Below, in pieces: positions 45,771 through 55,691 of a DNA stretch of 64,000 nt (its first letter is position 1; each line of letters opens with the position of its first letter). A model generated the notes under the pieces. It made no database searches, had not been told where the DNA came from, and saw only the letters and a program-made list of their open reading frames with translations. The stretch is from an uncultured Acidobacteriota bacterium (lineage in GTDB: Bacteria; Acidobacteriota; Vicinamibacteria; Vicinamibacterales; SCN-69-37), in NCBI GenBank assembly GCA_963780855.1, contig CAWADF010000002.1:319761-383760 (forward strand). The letters are read 5' to 3'. The position numbers and the translations under genes were made by a program.

Positions 45771-46503
45771 ATGGCGTTGTTTTCTCGAAGCTCGTCGTCG
45801 CCCATGCCAGCCGAGACGGAGCCGCTCGGCGGCGAAGCACTCGTCTCGCTGCGCAACATGGAGAAGTCGTACGCGCACGGCACGAGCCGCACGTGGGTGC
45901 TGCGCCGGATCACGCTCGACATCAAGGACGGCGAGTTCGTGTCGATCATGGGGCCGTCGGGCGCCGGCAAGTCCACGCTGCTGCACATCATCGGCATGCA
46001 CGACAGCGCGTGGACCGGCGACTACTACTTCGCGGGCCAGCCGGTGCACCGGCTCGGACCCGAAGGACCGCGCGCGGCTGCACAAGCAGCACATCGGCTT
46101 CGTCTTCCAGAGCTATCACCTGCTCGACCATCTGACCGTGTACGAGAACCTCGACGTGCCGCTGTCGTACCGCGACATCAAGAAGTCCGAGCGGGACAGC
46201 ATGGTCTGCGACATCCTCGACCGCTTCAGCATCGTCGGCAAGAAGGACCTGTATCCCAACCAGCTGTCGGGCGGCCAGCAGCAGCTCGTCGCCGTGGCGC
46301 GCGCGGTGATCGCCAATCCGAAGGTCATTCTCGCGGACGAGCCGACGGGCAACCTGCACTCGAGCCAGGGCCGCGAGATCATGGAGCTCTTCAAGAAGCT
46401 GAACGAAGGCGGCACGACCATCGTGCAGGTCACGCACTCGGAGACCAACGCGTCCTACGGGTCGCGGGTCATCGAGCTGAAAGACGGCTGGATCGTCAGC
46501 TGA
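45771..46503 (+). CDS. LolD/MacB-type ABC ATP-binding protein with no adjacent permease (frameshift near 46055)
   Basis: [36 protein letters not shown] and VTHS. Confidence 0.9.
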
Positions 46504-46525
46504 CCCCGCCACCGGCGGGCCAATC

Positions 46526-47398
46526 GTGGACGTGGGTGCGAACGTGAATCTCCGAACGATTGCGCTGGTGTGCGCGCTGGCCGCGGCCGGCGCGTGCGGT
46601 CCGTCGAGCACGGCGAAGCGCTACGAGCTCAAGGGCCAGGTCCTCGCCGTGAATACCGATCAGCCGGCCCTGACCATCAAACACGAAGACATCCCCGGGT
46701 ACATGCCCGCCATGACGATGACCTACCTGGTCGCGTCGAAGGCGCTGCTGGACGGGCGGACGCCCGGCGAGCTCATCACGGGCACGCTCGAAACGAGCGA
46801 TGCCGGCCCGAAGCTCGTCGCGATCACGCACGCCGGCGAGGCGCCGCTGCCCTCGGCGAACGAAGTGGGCCTGGCGAGCGGGCTGCTGGACGTCGGCGAG
46901 ATCGTCCCCGACGTCGCGCTGATCGACCAGACGGACACGCGGCGGTCGTTTGCCGATTGGCGCGGCTCGCTGACGCTCATCACGTTCATCTACACGCGCT
47001 GCCCGCTGCCGAACTTCTGCCCCCTGATGGACCAGAACTTCGCGGCTTTGCAGGGATACATCGCCAAAGACCCGTCGCTGGCCGGCCACGTGAAGCTGCT
47101 GTCGATCTCGTTCGACCCTGACTACGATACGCCCGCGATTCTGGCCGACCACGCGAAGAAGAAGCACGCGGATCCGAACGTCTGGACGTTTGCGACGGCG
47201 GATCGCGTGACCGTCGACCGGCTCGCGGCCAAATTCGGCGTCAACGTCGTCCGCAGCCCGGACAACGCGAATCAGATCACGCACAGCCTGCGGACGACGC
47301 TGATCGACGCCGACGGACGCATCCTGCACTTCTACACGGGCAACGACTGGACGCCGAACACGGTGCTGGCCGACCTGCGCGCCGCCGTCGCGAAGTGA
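46526..47398 (+). CDS. CusF-like plus SCO1/SenC fusion lipoprotein
   Basis: Lipobox AGAC; HEDIPGYMPAMTM; YTRCPLPNFCP; ISFDP; THS. Confidence 0.88.
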   Translation: MDVGANVNLRTIALVCALAAAGACGPSSTAKRYELKGQVLAVNTDQPALTIKHEDIPGYMPAMTMTYLVASKALLDGRTPGELITGTLETSDAGPKLVAITHAGEAPLPSANEVGLASGLLDVGEIVPDVALIDQTDTRRSFADWRGSLTLITFIYTRCPLPNFCPLMDQNFAALQGYIAKDPSLAGHVKLLSISFDPDYDTPAILADHAKKKHADPNVWTFATADRVTVDRLAAKFGVNVVRSPDNANQITHSLRTTLIDADGRILHFYTGNDWTPNTVLADLRAAVAK

Positions 47399-48064
47399 CG
47401 CCGGCGTTCACGCCGGCCGAGCGGCGCGTCATCGCGCGGCACCGCACCCCCGCGGCCGTTCAGCGCTATCTCAACGCTCTCCCCTACAACACGGAGCCGC
47501 CGCCCGATCCGGCGACACTCCGGTCGTTTCGCGGCGTGGTGCGGCATCACACGGCGCATTGTCTCGAGGCCGCGATCTCGGCGGCAGTGATTCTCGAGCA
47601 GCACGGCTACCCGCCGCTCGTCATGAGCCTGGAGTCGATCGACCAGCTCGATCACGTGATCTTCGTCTACCAGCGCGCGCGGACGCTGGGGCGCCGTTGC
47701 GCGGTCGCGCGACCTGGGCCTGCACGGCCGCCGCCCCGTCTTCGCCACGCCGCGCGCGCTGGCGCGGAGCTACTTCGATCCGTTCGTGGACTTCACCGGG
47801 CGGCTGAAAGGCTACGCGGTCGCCGATCTACGCGCGCTCGATCCGTACGACTGGCGACTGTCCGAGCAGAACGTGTGGAAGGTCGAGCGGTACCTGCTCA
47901 ACATCCCGCACCACCGCATCGTCGGATCCGACGCCCGCGTCCGCCGGCTGCGCGCGCGCTACCGCGCGTTCCGGCGCGCCCATCCCGGCGGGCAGCCGGA
48001 CTATTACGACCAGCGGACATGGACGGCGCTGCCAGAGAGACAGGCACTGGGCGCTGGGCCCTGA
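47395..48064 (+). CDS. Conserved hypothetical protein, transglutaminase/papain-like (frameshift near 47685)
   Basis: VQRYLNALPYN, AHCLEAA and DHVIFVY; GTGA overlap with the SCO gene. Confidence 0.55.
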
Positions 48065-48225
48065 GGCACGAGGCACTAGGAAAGCACCGAGCACGGCGCG
48101 GGGCATCACACCAGGCCCTGGGCACTGGGCACTGGACACTAGGCACTGGGTAAAGCACCGAGCACGGCACGGGGCACGACACCAGGCACCAGCACGTGGC
48201 ACCCGGCACGTGGCACCCGGCACCT
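48043..48225. repeat. Degenerate heptamer (GGCACnn) array containing a duplicated block of about 45 bp
   Basis: GGCACTG, GGCACGT and GGCACCC units; AAAGCACCGAGCACGGC.CGGGGCA..ACACCAGGC occurs twice about 70 bp apart. Confidence 0.85.
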
Positions 48226-48226
48226 G

Positions 48227-48529
48227 CTAGTCGAGATCAAAGTCGCGCGACGGCTTGGTGATCGGCTCGTCCTTCGCCTGCTTGAGTGCTTCCTCGAATC
48301 GCTTCGAGAGTGCGTCTCCGCGCGTGCGCTCTGATTCGACGGCCTGGGCGAAGATGGACTCCCGGCGCGCCTTCGCTTCCTCGAGAATCCGGTGGGCCTC
48401 GTCGAGCTTGGGCTTGTCGGCGCGCTCGGGCTCCACGTGGCGGACCACCCGCTTGAGCCCCTCGTCGATGACGAGCGTGGCCTGACAGCACGGGCACGTG
48501 ACCTCGTATTCGGTTCGCAGCTTGGACAT
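48227..48529 (-). CDS. Hypothetical protein with an N-terminal CPCC zinc-ribbon-like motif and coiled coil
   Basis: EVTCPCCQATLVID; charged helical C-terminus ending RDFDLD. Confidence 0.7.
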   Translation of the reverse strand: MSKLRTEYEVTCPCCQATLVIDEGLKRVVRHVEPERADKPKLDEAHRILEEAKARRESIFAQAVESERTRGDALSKRFEEALKQAKDEPITKPSRDFDLD

Positions 48530-48574
48530 GACCGCCCGCCCCTTTCGCGCTTCCTAGCCAATTATGATACCGGC

Positions 48575-49309
48575 ATGTCGCCTCCGCCGCGTGACACCGT
48601 GGATCTGCGCGTGGCGACCTACAACGTGCACCGGTGCCGCGGCCTGGACCGGCGGGTGCGTCCGGAGCGGATTGCCGCCGTGCTGGCGACGATCGACCCC
48701 GATGTGGTCGCGCTCCAGGAGGTGATCGGGCCCGGACTCTCCGGTCCGGGCCACGCCGAACGGCTCGGCGCCGCCCTGGGGATGGGCTGGGTCATGGCGC
48801 CCACCCGCGAGCTGCGTCGCCACCAGTTCGGAAACGCCCTCCTGAGTCGGTATCCGATTCGAGAGCACCAGCAGCACGACCTGTCATGGAAGACCTGCGA
48901 ACCGCGATCGAGCCAGCGCGTCAGCATCGACGTCGGCGGCGGCCGGCTCGTTCACGTCTACAACGTGCATCTGGGCACCGCGCTGCTGGAGCGTCGGTAC
49001 CAGGCGGCGCGACTCGCGTCGTGGATCCATGCACGCCGCGGGGGCCCCAAGCTCGTGCTCGGCGACTTCAACGAGTGGTCGCGCGGGCTGGCGTCCGGCG
49101 CGCTCGCGGAGAGCCTGCAGAGCGTGGACCTGTCCCATCACCTCAGGCGGCGCCGGACGTATCCGGGCTTCTTCCCGGTCCTGCACCTCGATCACATCTA
49201 TTTTTCTGGGGACGTCGAAGTCCGGAGCGTGGAGCTGCCGCGCACGCGGCTGGCCATGGTTGCGTCCGACCACCTGCCGCTCGTCGCGGACGTCAGGATT
49301 CGGTTCTAG
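48575..49309 (+). CDS. Endonuclease/exonuclease/phosphatase (EEP) family protein
   Basis: ATYNVH, LQEV, GNALLS, GDFNE, LDHI and SDHLP. Confidence 0.92.
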   Translation: MSPPPRDTVDLRVATYNVHRCRGLDRRVRPERIAAVLATIDPDVVALQEVIGPGLSGPGHAERLGAALGMGWVMAPTRELRRHQFGNALLSRYPIREHQQHDLSWKTCEPRSSQRVSIDVGGGRLVHVYNVHLGTALLERRYQAARLASWIHARRGGPKLVLGDFNEWSRGLASGALAESLQSVDLSHHLRRRRTYPGFFPVLHLDHIYFSGDVEVRSVELPRTRLAMVASDHLPLVADVRIRF

Positions 49310-49339
49310 CCTTCATTCGGTTCTAGCGGTACAGCGGGA

Positions 49340-49582
49340 CTAGCCTTCGTCGATGTCGGCCTGGGGCGGCGGCGGCACGCGGGTCGAGGGCCGCAGCGCC
49401 TCGCGATGATCGAAGACGGGGAGCCCGCCGACATGCAGCGAGACGGGGCACGCCTCCGCCTTGCGCGACACCACGACCGTCACGGGGCTGCCTTCCACCC
49501 CGGCGCGGAACGCGACGATGCAGCCGCAGCCCAGGCGGGCGGTGGTCGGAGGATTGACGGGCGGCCGGCGGGAACGGGCCAT
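49340..49582 (-). CDS. Small hypothetical Cys/His-containing protein
   Basis: TGATG coupling to the upstream TlpA-like gene; CGC...C...H. Confidence 0.55.
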   Translation of the reverse strand: MARSRRPPVNPPTTARLGCGCIVAFRAGVEGSPVTVVVSRKAEACPVSLHVGGLPVFDHREALRPSTRVPPPPQADIDEG

Positions 49583-50127
49583 CAGAAGAGCGCCTTGGCT
49601 TGCTGTTCGAACCAATCGTGGGTCTGCGTGCCTTCCCACCTGAGGTACACGGTGCCGTCCGGCTTGATGAACCAGGACACGGGCACCGCGAAGGTCGCCT
49701 CGAAATTCTCGAGCATGTCGTCGTGACCGGCGCCGACGAGTACCGGGTAGTTCATCGAGTAGGCCGCGGCGAACTTCTGAAGATCTTCCGGCGAGTCGTC
49801 GATCGAAATGCCGAGGACCGTCAGGCCGCGATCCTGGTACTTCTTCGTCAATTCAACCAGGCCGGGAATCTCATCCTTGCACGGCCCGCACCAGGTCGCC
49901 CAGAAATTGAGAATCAAGGGCTTGCCGGCATAGTCGGCCAGATGGACATCCTTGCCGGACATGTCCTTGAGCGTCCAGTCCAGCTTGACCTTGGTGGCCG
50001 GCGTACTGCCGGCGCCGCCGGGCGTCGAGCGCGCGCGGCACGCGCCCGGCCAGGTGGCGATAGCGCCCGCGGCAATCGTCGCGAGCACGATCTGACGCAT
50101 CCAGGTGGCGCGGCCGGGGGCATCCAT
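49582..50127 (-). CDS. TlpA/ResA-like thioredoxin
   Basis: NFWATWCGPCKDEIP with an N-terminal anchor or lipoprotein-like segment. Confidence 0.9.
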   Translation of the reverse strand: MDAPGRATWMRQIVLATIAAGAIATWPGACRARSTPGGAGSTPATKVKLDWTLKDMSGKDVHLADYAGKPLILNFWATWCGPCKDEIPGLVELTKKYQDRGLTVLGISIDDSPEDLQKFAAAYSMNYPVLVGAGHDDMLENFEATFAVPVSWFIKPDGTVYLRWEGTQTHDWFEQQAKALF

Positions 50128-50242
50128 CAGGTCAACATTACTACACTTGTCCGAAGCGGCCACGACATCTTACGGGGGCGGAGTGTCCTCGCCGGGACAC
50201 GACGCAACGCGCGATCGCGGGCCTGCTTTCGACGCGGCGTCG

Positions 50243-50258
50243 AGGCACGACCTTTGCT
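50243..50258 (+). promoter_or_regulatory. Sigma-54 (-24/-12) promoter
   Basis: AGGCACGACCTTTGCT gives GG-N10-GC with GGCACG and TTGC; palindrome GTGTCC-N6-GGACAC at 50183-50200 upstream. Confidence 0.6.
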
Positions 50259-50387
50259 GTCACGACTCGTGGTGCCTTCGTGCCGCCGCGGCCCGGCGGC
50301 GGCGCGTGCCCCGGAACGAGCGCGAATCCGGGTGTAAGATGCGAGAACGGTCCTCTGGCTCGGTTTGATCTAGTCGAGGTGATATCT

Positions 50388-53300
50388 ATGCGGATGCGCT
50401 GGCTGCGCATTTCTCCTCTGCTCCTGGGCGCTCTGACTTTTGCGACGGCGGGTGTCGTCCCGGCGCGCGCCGAGGGACAGACGCCGTTCGTGCCGTACTT
50501 CGGGAAGAACCAGGTGCGCTACGACCGATTCGACTGGCACATCTACAAGACGGACCACTTCGAAATCTACTACTACCCTGCGCTCGAGCAGCATCTCGAG
50601 CGGGTGGCGTCTTACGCGGAAAGCGCCTACCAGCACATCAGCGCCGAGCTGAAGCACGACCTGGCGGAGCAAGGTCCCGCTCATCATCTTCAAGACGGAG
50701 AGCGAGTTCCAGGAGAACAACATCATCGGCGGCGAGATGCCGGAAGGCGTGCTCGCGTTCGCCGAGCCGGAGCGCAACCGGATGGTGCTGCCCATCGACC
50801 AGCCGTCCGACCAGCTCTACCAGCTGATCACGCACGAGCTGACGCACATCTTCGAGTTCGACATCATCCCGCGCGGGCTCGGGCTGATGCAGCTCGCTGC
50901 CGCTCTGGATGGACGAAGGGCTGGCCGACTACATGGCCGGCGCCTGGAATCCCGCTGGATCTGATGGCGGTGCGCGACGCGGCGATCACCGACAACGTTC
51001 CGCGGATGAGCCAGCTCGAGAGCCAGCCGCTCTCCGGTCGCACGCCGTATTCGCTCGGCCACGCGGCGTTCGAGTTCATCGAGTCGCAGCTGGGGCAAGG
51101 AAGGGCTGCGCCAGTTCCTGTTCTCGCTGCGCAAGAGCGCGCATCGGCGGCGGCGAGAGCGCCTACGAAGAGGCGCTCAAGCTCAAGCCCGAGGACTTCG
51201 ACGAGCAGTTCGACCGGTACCTGAAGGAGCGGTTCAAGCCGTTCCGCGACAAGGAGCGGCCGGCCGACTACGGCCGCAACCTCGCGCCGCGGCCCGGACA
51301 AGACGCCGTACGTCGTCGGTGCTGTCGATCGAGCCGTCGCCGACCGGCGACATGCTGGCGGCGGTCGTCGGCAACCGGCACGACCAGGAGCTGGACATCA
51401 TCCTGATCTCGGCGCGAGGACGGCCAGGTCATCCGCAACCTGACGAAGGGCTTCGACAAGGACCGCGGGCTTCGAGTACATCGCGACGGCCGGCGGCCTG
51501 CGCGGCAACCTCGTGCCGTGGATCGCGTGGGCGCCGGTCGGCGACCGACTCGCCTACTTCGTGCGCACCGAGAAGGACAAGACGCTCATCGTCCAGAACG
51601 TCGTGACGCGGCAAGACCGAACAGCGAGATCGACGCTGAAGGCAGTCGACGAGCCCGGAGTCGCCGGCGTTCAGCCCGGACGGCACGAAGATCGCGTTCT
51701 CGGCGCTGCAGAGCGGCGTCGGCGACATCTTCACGGTCGACCTCGGGACGCAGCAAGGTCGAGAACCTGACGAAGGACGCATTCGCCGACTACGCGCCGA
51801 CCTACTCGCCCGACGGCAAGACGATCGTGTACACGGCGCGCGTCAGCGGCAACGACAAGCTGTTCCAGCTGGACCTGGCGACCGGCCAGAAGAAGCAGCT
51901 GACGTTCGGCACGCACGACGACACGGCGGCGAAGTTCTACGACGACCACACGATCGTCTTCACGTCGACGGCGACCGATCCGAACGTGCCGATCTGCCGC
52001 CCGAGGTCGCGCAGAACGGCGACATCCCGAACGTCTGGACGCTGGATCTCACGCACGCAGCGAGCTGAAGCAGTGGACCGACACGGCGACGGGCAACGTC
52101 TCGCCGGTCGTGCTGCACCAGAGCGCCGCGCCTGAAGGTGGCGTTCGTCTCGTACTACAAGGGCGAGAACGGCATCCACGACATCGTCGGCGACAAGCCG
52201 ATCGCGACCGTCGGCGTCGAGCGACTTCGGCGCGCCGGGCCCGGTCATCGACTTCCCGCCGCCGATCAGCCACACGCTGATGCGCGACAACATCCACAAG
52301 AAGGGCGCGTTCGAGAAGATGACGCTGGCCGGCCGGCCGCCGGTCAACCTCGGCGTCACGAGCAGCGGCAACTTCTACGGCAACACGCGAGCTGACGTTC
52401 GCCGACGTGCTCGGCGACAAGCAGATGAGCTTCTTCGCCCAGTCGGTCGTCGCAGTACCGCACGACCGCGTTCACCTACGCGAACATCGAGCGGCGGCTG
52501 CAGTACGCGCTGCAGGGCTTCTCGCAGGACGACGTTCTACTACGGCCAGAACGCGGGCGCGCTCTACGACCCGTCGCTCGCGCCGTACATCGACCGCAAC
52601 CTCGCGCAGGCCGGTCAGAGCCAGCGCGGCGGCACGGCCTTCGTGATCTATCCGTTCAACCGGTACCGCCGCGTCGAGCTGTTCGGCGGGCTACATCCAC
52701 CTCTCCGAGCGCTACACCGAACCGACTCGCTGCAGGCGCTCGCCGATGCAGTACCAGACGGATCAGTACGGGCAGCCGCTCTTCCGCAACGGCAACATGC
52801 TGCCGCTCGGCGTCTCGTTCGTCCAGGAGACCACGATCTTCCGCGAGTACGGGCCCGGTCGTCGGGCAGCACGATGCGGCTGGCCTACAACGCCTCGCCG
52901 CACTTCGGCCGATTCGCTGGCTGTCGCGGCAGACGCTCGACGGCGACGTGCGCTACTACATCCGCCTGGCGGCCAACGGCGTGCTCGCCGCTCCGCCTGC
53001 GCGGCCTCAAGAGCGTCGGCGGCGAATCCCGGACTTCCTGTACTTCGGCGGCAACTCGGAGATGCGCGGGTACGAGTACCTCGAGTTCCTCGGCCAGAAG
53101 GCTTCTTCGCCAACGCCGAGCTGCGCTTCCCGATCGATCGAGGCCATGCTGACGCCGTTCGGCGTGCTCGGCGGCCTGCGCGGCGTGCTTCTTCTTCGAC
53201 CTCGGCGGCGCGCGGCTTCAACGGCCAGCCGTTCACGCTTCGCCAGCAACGGCACGACCACCTACACGGCCGATCATCGGCTACCAGGTGATCGACGCGG

Positions 53301-53543
53301 TCGGCAACCTGCGCCGGTCTATGGCGACCCGGTGACGATCTCCGGCTTCCGCCTCGTGGACGGCCGCGCGTCCTACGGCATCGGCCTCGAGAGCTTCCTG
53401 CTCGGCTTCCCGATGCACTTCGACTGCTCGTGGAAGACGCTGTTCAACAAGCAGTGGGAAGACGCCCTCTTCGCCGTCGGCGGCGGCCAGCTCGGCGTTC
53501 CGGAAGATGAAGTTCAGCCTTCTGGATCGGGTACGACTTCTAA
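50388..53543 (+). CDS. Omp85/BamA-family protein with gluzincin-like domain and PD40 propeller, paralog 2 (many frameshifts)
   Basis: PYFGKNQV; HELTH...WMDEGLADY; SPDG repeats; GDVLGD; MRGYEY; ends WIGYDF. Confidence 0.85.
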
Positions 53544-53549
53544 CGACAC

Positions 53550-53790
53550 TGGCGATTGGCGATCGGCGATTGATGATTGGCGATTGGATCGGCGATTGGT
53601 GATTGGGTGACTCGATTGGGCGATTCGCCGATCGTCGATCGGCTTACCCACTACCCATCACCCACTCACCCACTCGCCGATTCCCATCCCCCATCATCCG
53701 TCACCCGTCACCCAGTCGCCCAGTCGCCCAGTCGCCCAGTCGCCCAGTCGCGCAATTGCGATCGCCGATCGTTCGATCGACAATCAACAG
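53550..53790. repeat. Bipartite short-repeat element: (GGCGATT)n arm followed by a complementary (CAGTCGCC)n/(TCACCC..)n arm
   Basis: G-rich 7-mers at 53550-53625 and C-rich 7-8-mers at 53645-53750. Confidence 0.8.
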
Positions 53791-54274
53791 ATGATTGCGA
53801 AGCCCCCGTCCGCGTCCTTCACCGAAATGGTGCAGGTCGTGCTGCCGAACGACGCGAACCCGCTGGGGTTCATCCTCGGCGGCACGGTGATGCACCTGAT
53901 CGACATCGCCGGCGCCATCGCCTGCCATCGGCACACGCGCAGCCTGCTCGTCACCGCCGCGGTCGACGGCCTGCAGTTCCTGCACCCGATCAAGGTCGGC
54001 GACCTCATCATCCTGCGCGCGACCGGTGACGGCCGCGTTCACGACGTCGCTCGAAGTGGAAGTCGAGGTGTTCTCGGAAGAGACGCTGACGGGCGAGCGG
54101 CAGCTGACGAGCCGCGCGTATCTGACGTTCGTCGCGATGGATCGCGACCGGCGCGGCCGCGTGCCCGGTGCCGCCGCTGCTGCTCGAAACCGACGCCGAG
54201 CGCCAGACCGCGCGCGAGGCCGAAGCGCGCCGGGCCGCGCGTCTGGCCGCCAAGAGACCCTCGGCGTGTCGTAG
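53791..54274 (+). CDS. Acyl-CoA thioesterase, hotdog fold, YciA-like (frameshifted)
   Basis: [33 protein letters not shown] and AYLTFVA. Confidence 0.88.
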
Positions 54275-54288
54275 CCGACGGCCGACGC

Positions 54289-55228
54289 TCAGAACCGTCC
54301 GCAGCCGCACCCGCCGGACCGCGTGATCCGCGCCTTTCTCGAGCACGAGCCGCGCGCGCTCGCGCGTGGGACGGATGTTCTCGCGCAGGTTGACGCCGTT
54401 GATCGTCCGCCAGATCTCGCGCGCCGTCTCCACGGCCTCCGCGTCGTCGAGCGCCGCGTAGCGGTGGAAGTACGACGTCGGATCGCGGAACACCGTCTCG
54501 CGCAGCGTCAGGAAGCGCGCGACGTACCACGCCTCGATGTCGCGCTCCTCGGCGTCGATGTAGATCGAGAAATCGAAGAAGTCCGACACGAACACGCCGC
54601 GCCGGACGGCCCCGCGCTGGCCGTCGCCCGTCTGCAGCACGTTCAGGCCCTCGACGATCACGATGTCCGGCCGATCGACGACCTGGAACTCGCCGGGGAC
54701 GATGTCGTACGCCTGGTGCGAGTAGACGGGCGCGCGGACGCCGGCCCGGCCGGCTTTGACGTCGGCCATGAACTGCACGAGCCGCCGGACGTCGTAGCTC
54801 TCGGGAAAGCCCTTGCGCTGCAGCAGGCCGCGCGCCTCGAGCACGCGGTTCGGGTAGCAGGAACCCGTCGGTCGTGACCAGATCGACGCGCGGATGCGCC
54901 GGCCAGCGCGCGAGCAGCGCGCGCAGGATGCGCGCGAACGTGCTCTTGCCCACCGCGACGCTGCCGGCGACGCCGATGACGTACGGCGTCGGCGTCGGCA
55001 GCGTGCCGAGAAACGTGTCGGTGGCCTTGTGCGAGCGTCTGCGTCGCGGCGACGTGCAGGTTCAGCAGGCGCGACACCGGCAGGTAGATCGCCTCGACCT
55101 CGCGCGAGCGAGACGCGCTCGTTGAGGCCCTGCAGCTCGGCGAGATCGGCTTCGCCGAGCGTCAGCGGCGTCGCGGCGCGCAGCCGCGCCCACGCCGCGC
55201 GATCGAAGTCGAGGTAGCGGGACTCCAC
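54289..55228 (-). CDS. coaA: Type I pantothenate kinase (frameshifted)
   Basis: [41 protein letters not shown] and NL.ENI.PTR.RA. Confidence 0.92.
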
Positions 55229-55250
55229 GACGCTGCGCTCCCGGCACGTC

Positions 55251-55512
<262 letters not shown>

Positions 55513-55691
55513 TCTCTCCTCCGAAGTCGGCCGGTCCGCCTGCCGCCGGGTGGCCGCGGACGCGCATTCCGCGAGTCGGCACGGTGCGTGCCAGCCGCGC
55601 GTCGCACGCCGATCGGTCGAACAGGCATTCTTACATGCCAGCCCCGGTCATTCAACAGGCCGGTGCCGGGCGCGGAGGTAAGATCCAGCGG

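Noticed and set aside
55577-55593. GG-N10-GC sigma-54-like motif readable on both strands between the ferredoxin and barrel genes
   Set aside because: The -12 element is GTGC rather than TTGC and the match comes from a short GC-rich palindrome; a -10 box sits nearer the barrel gene start.
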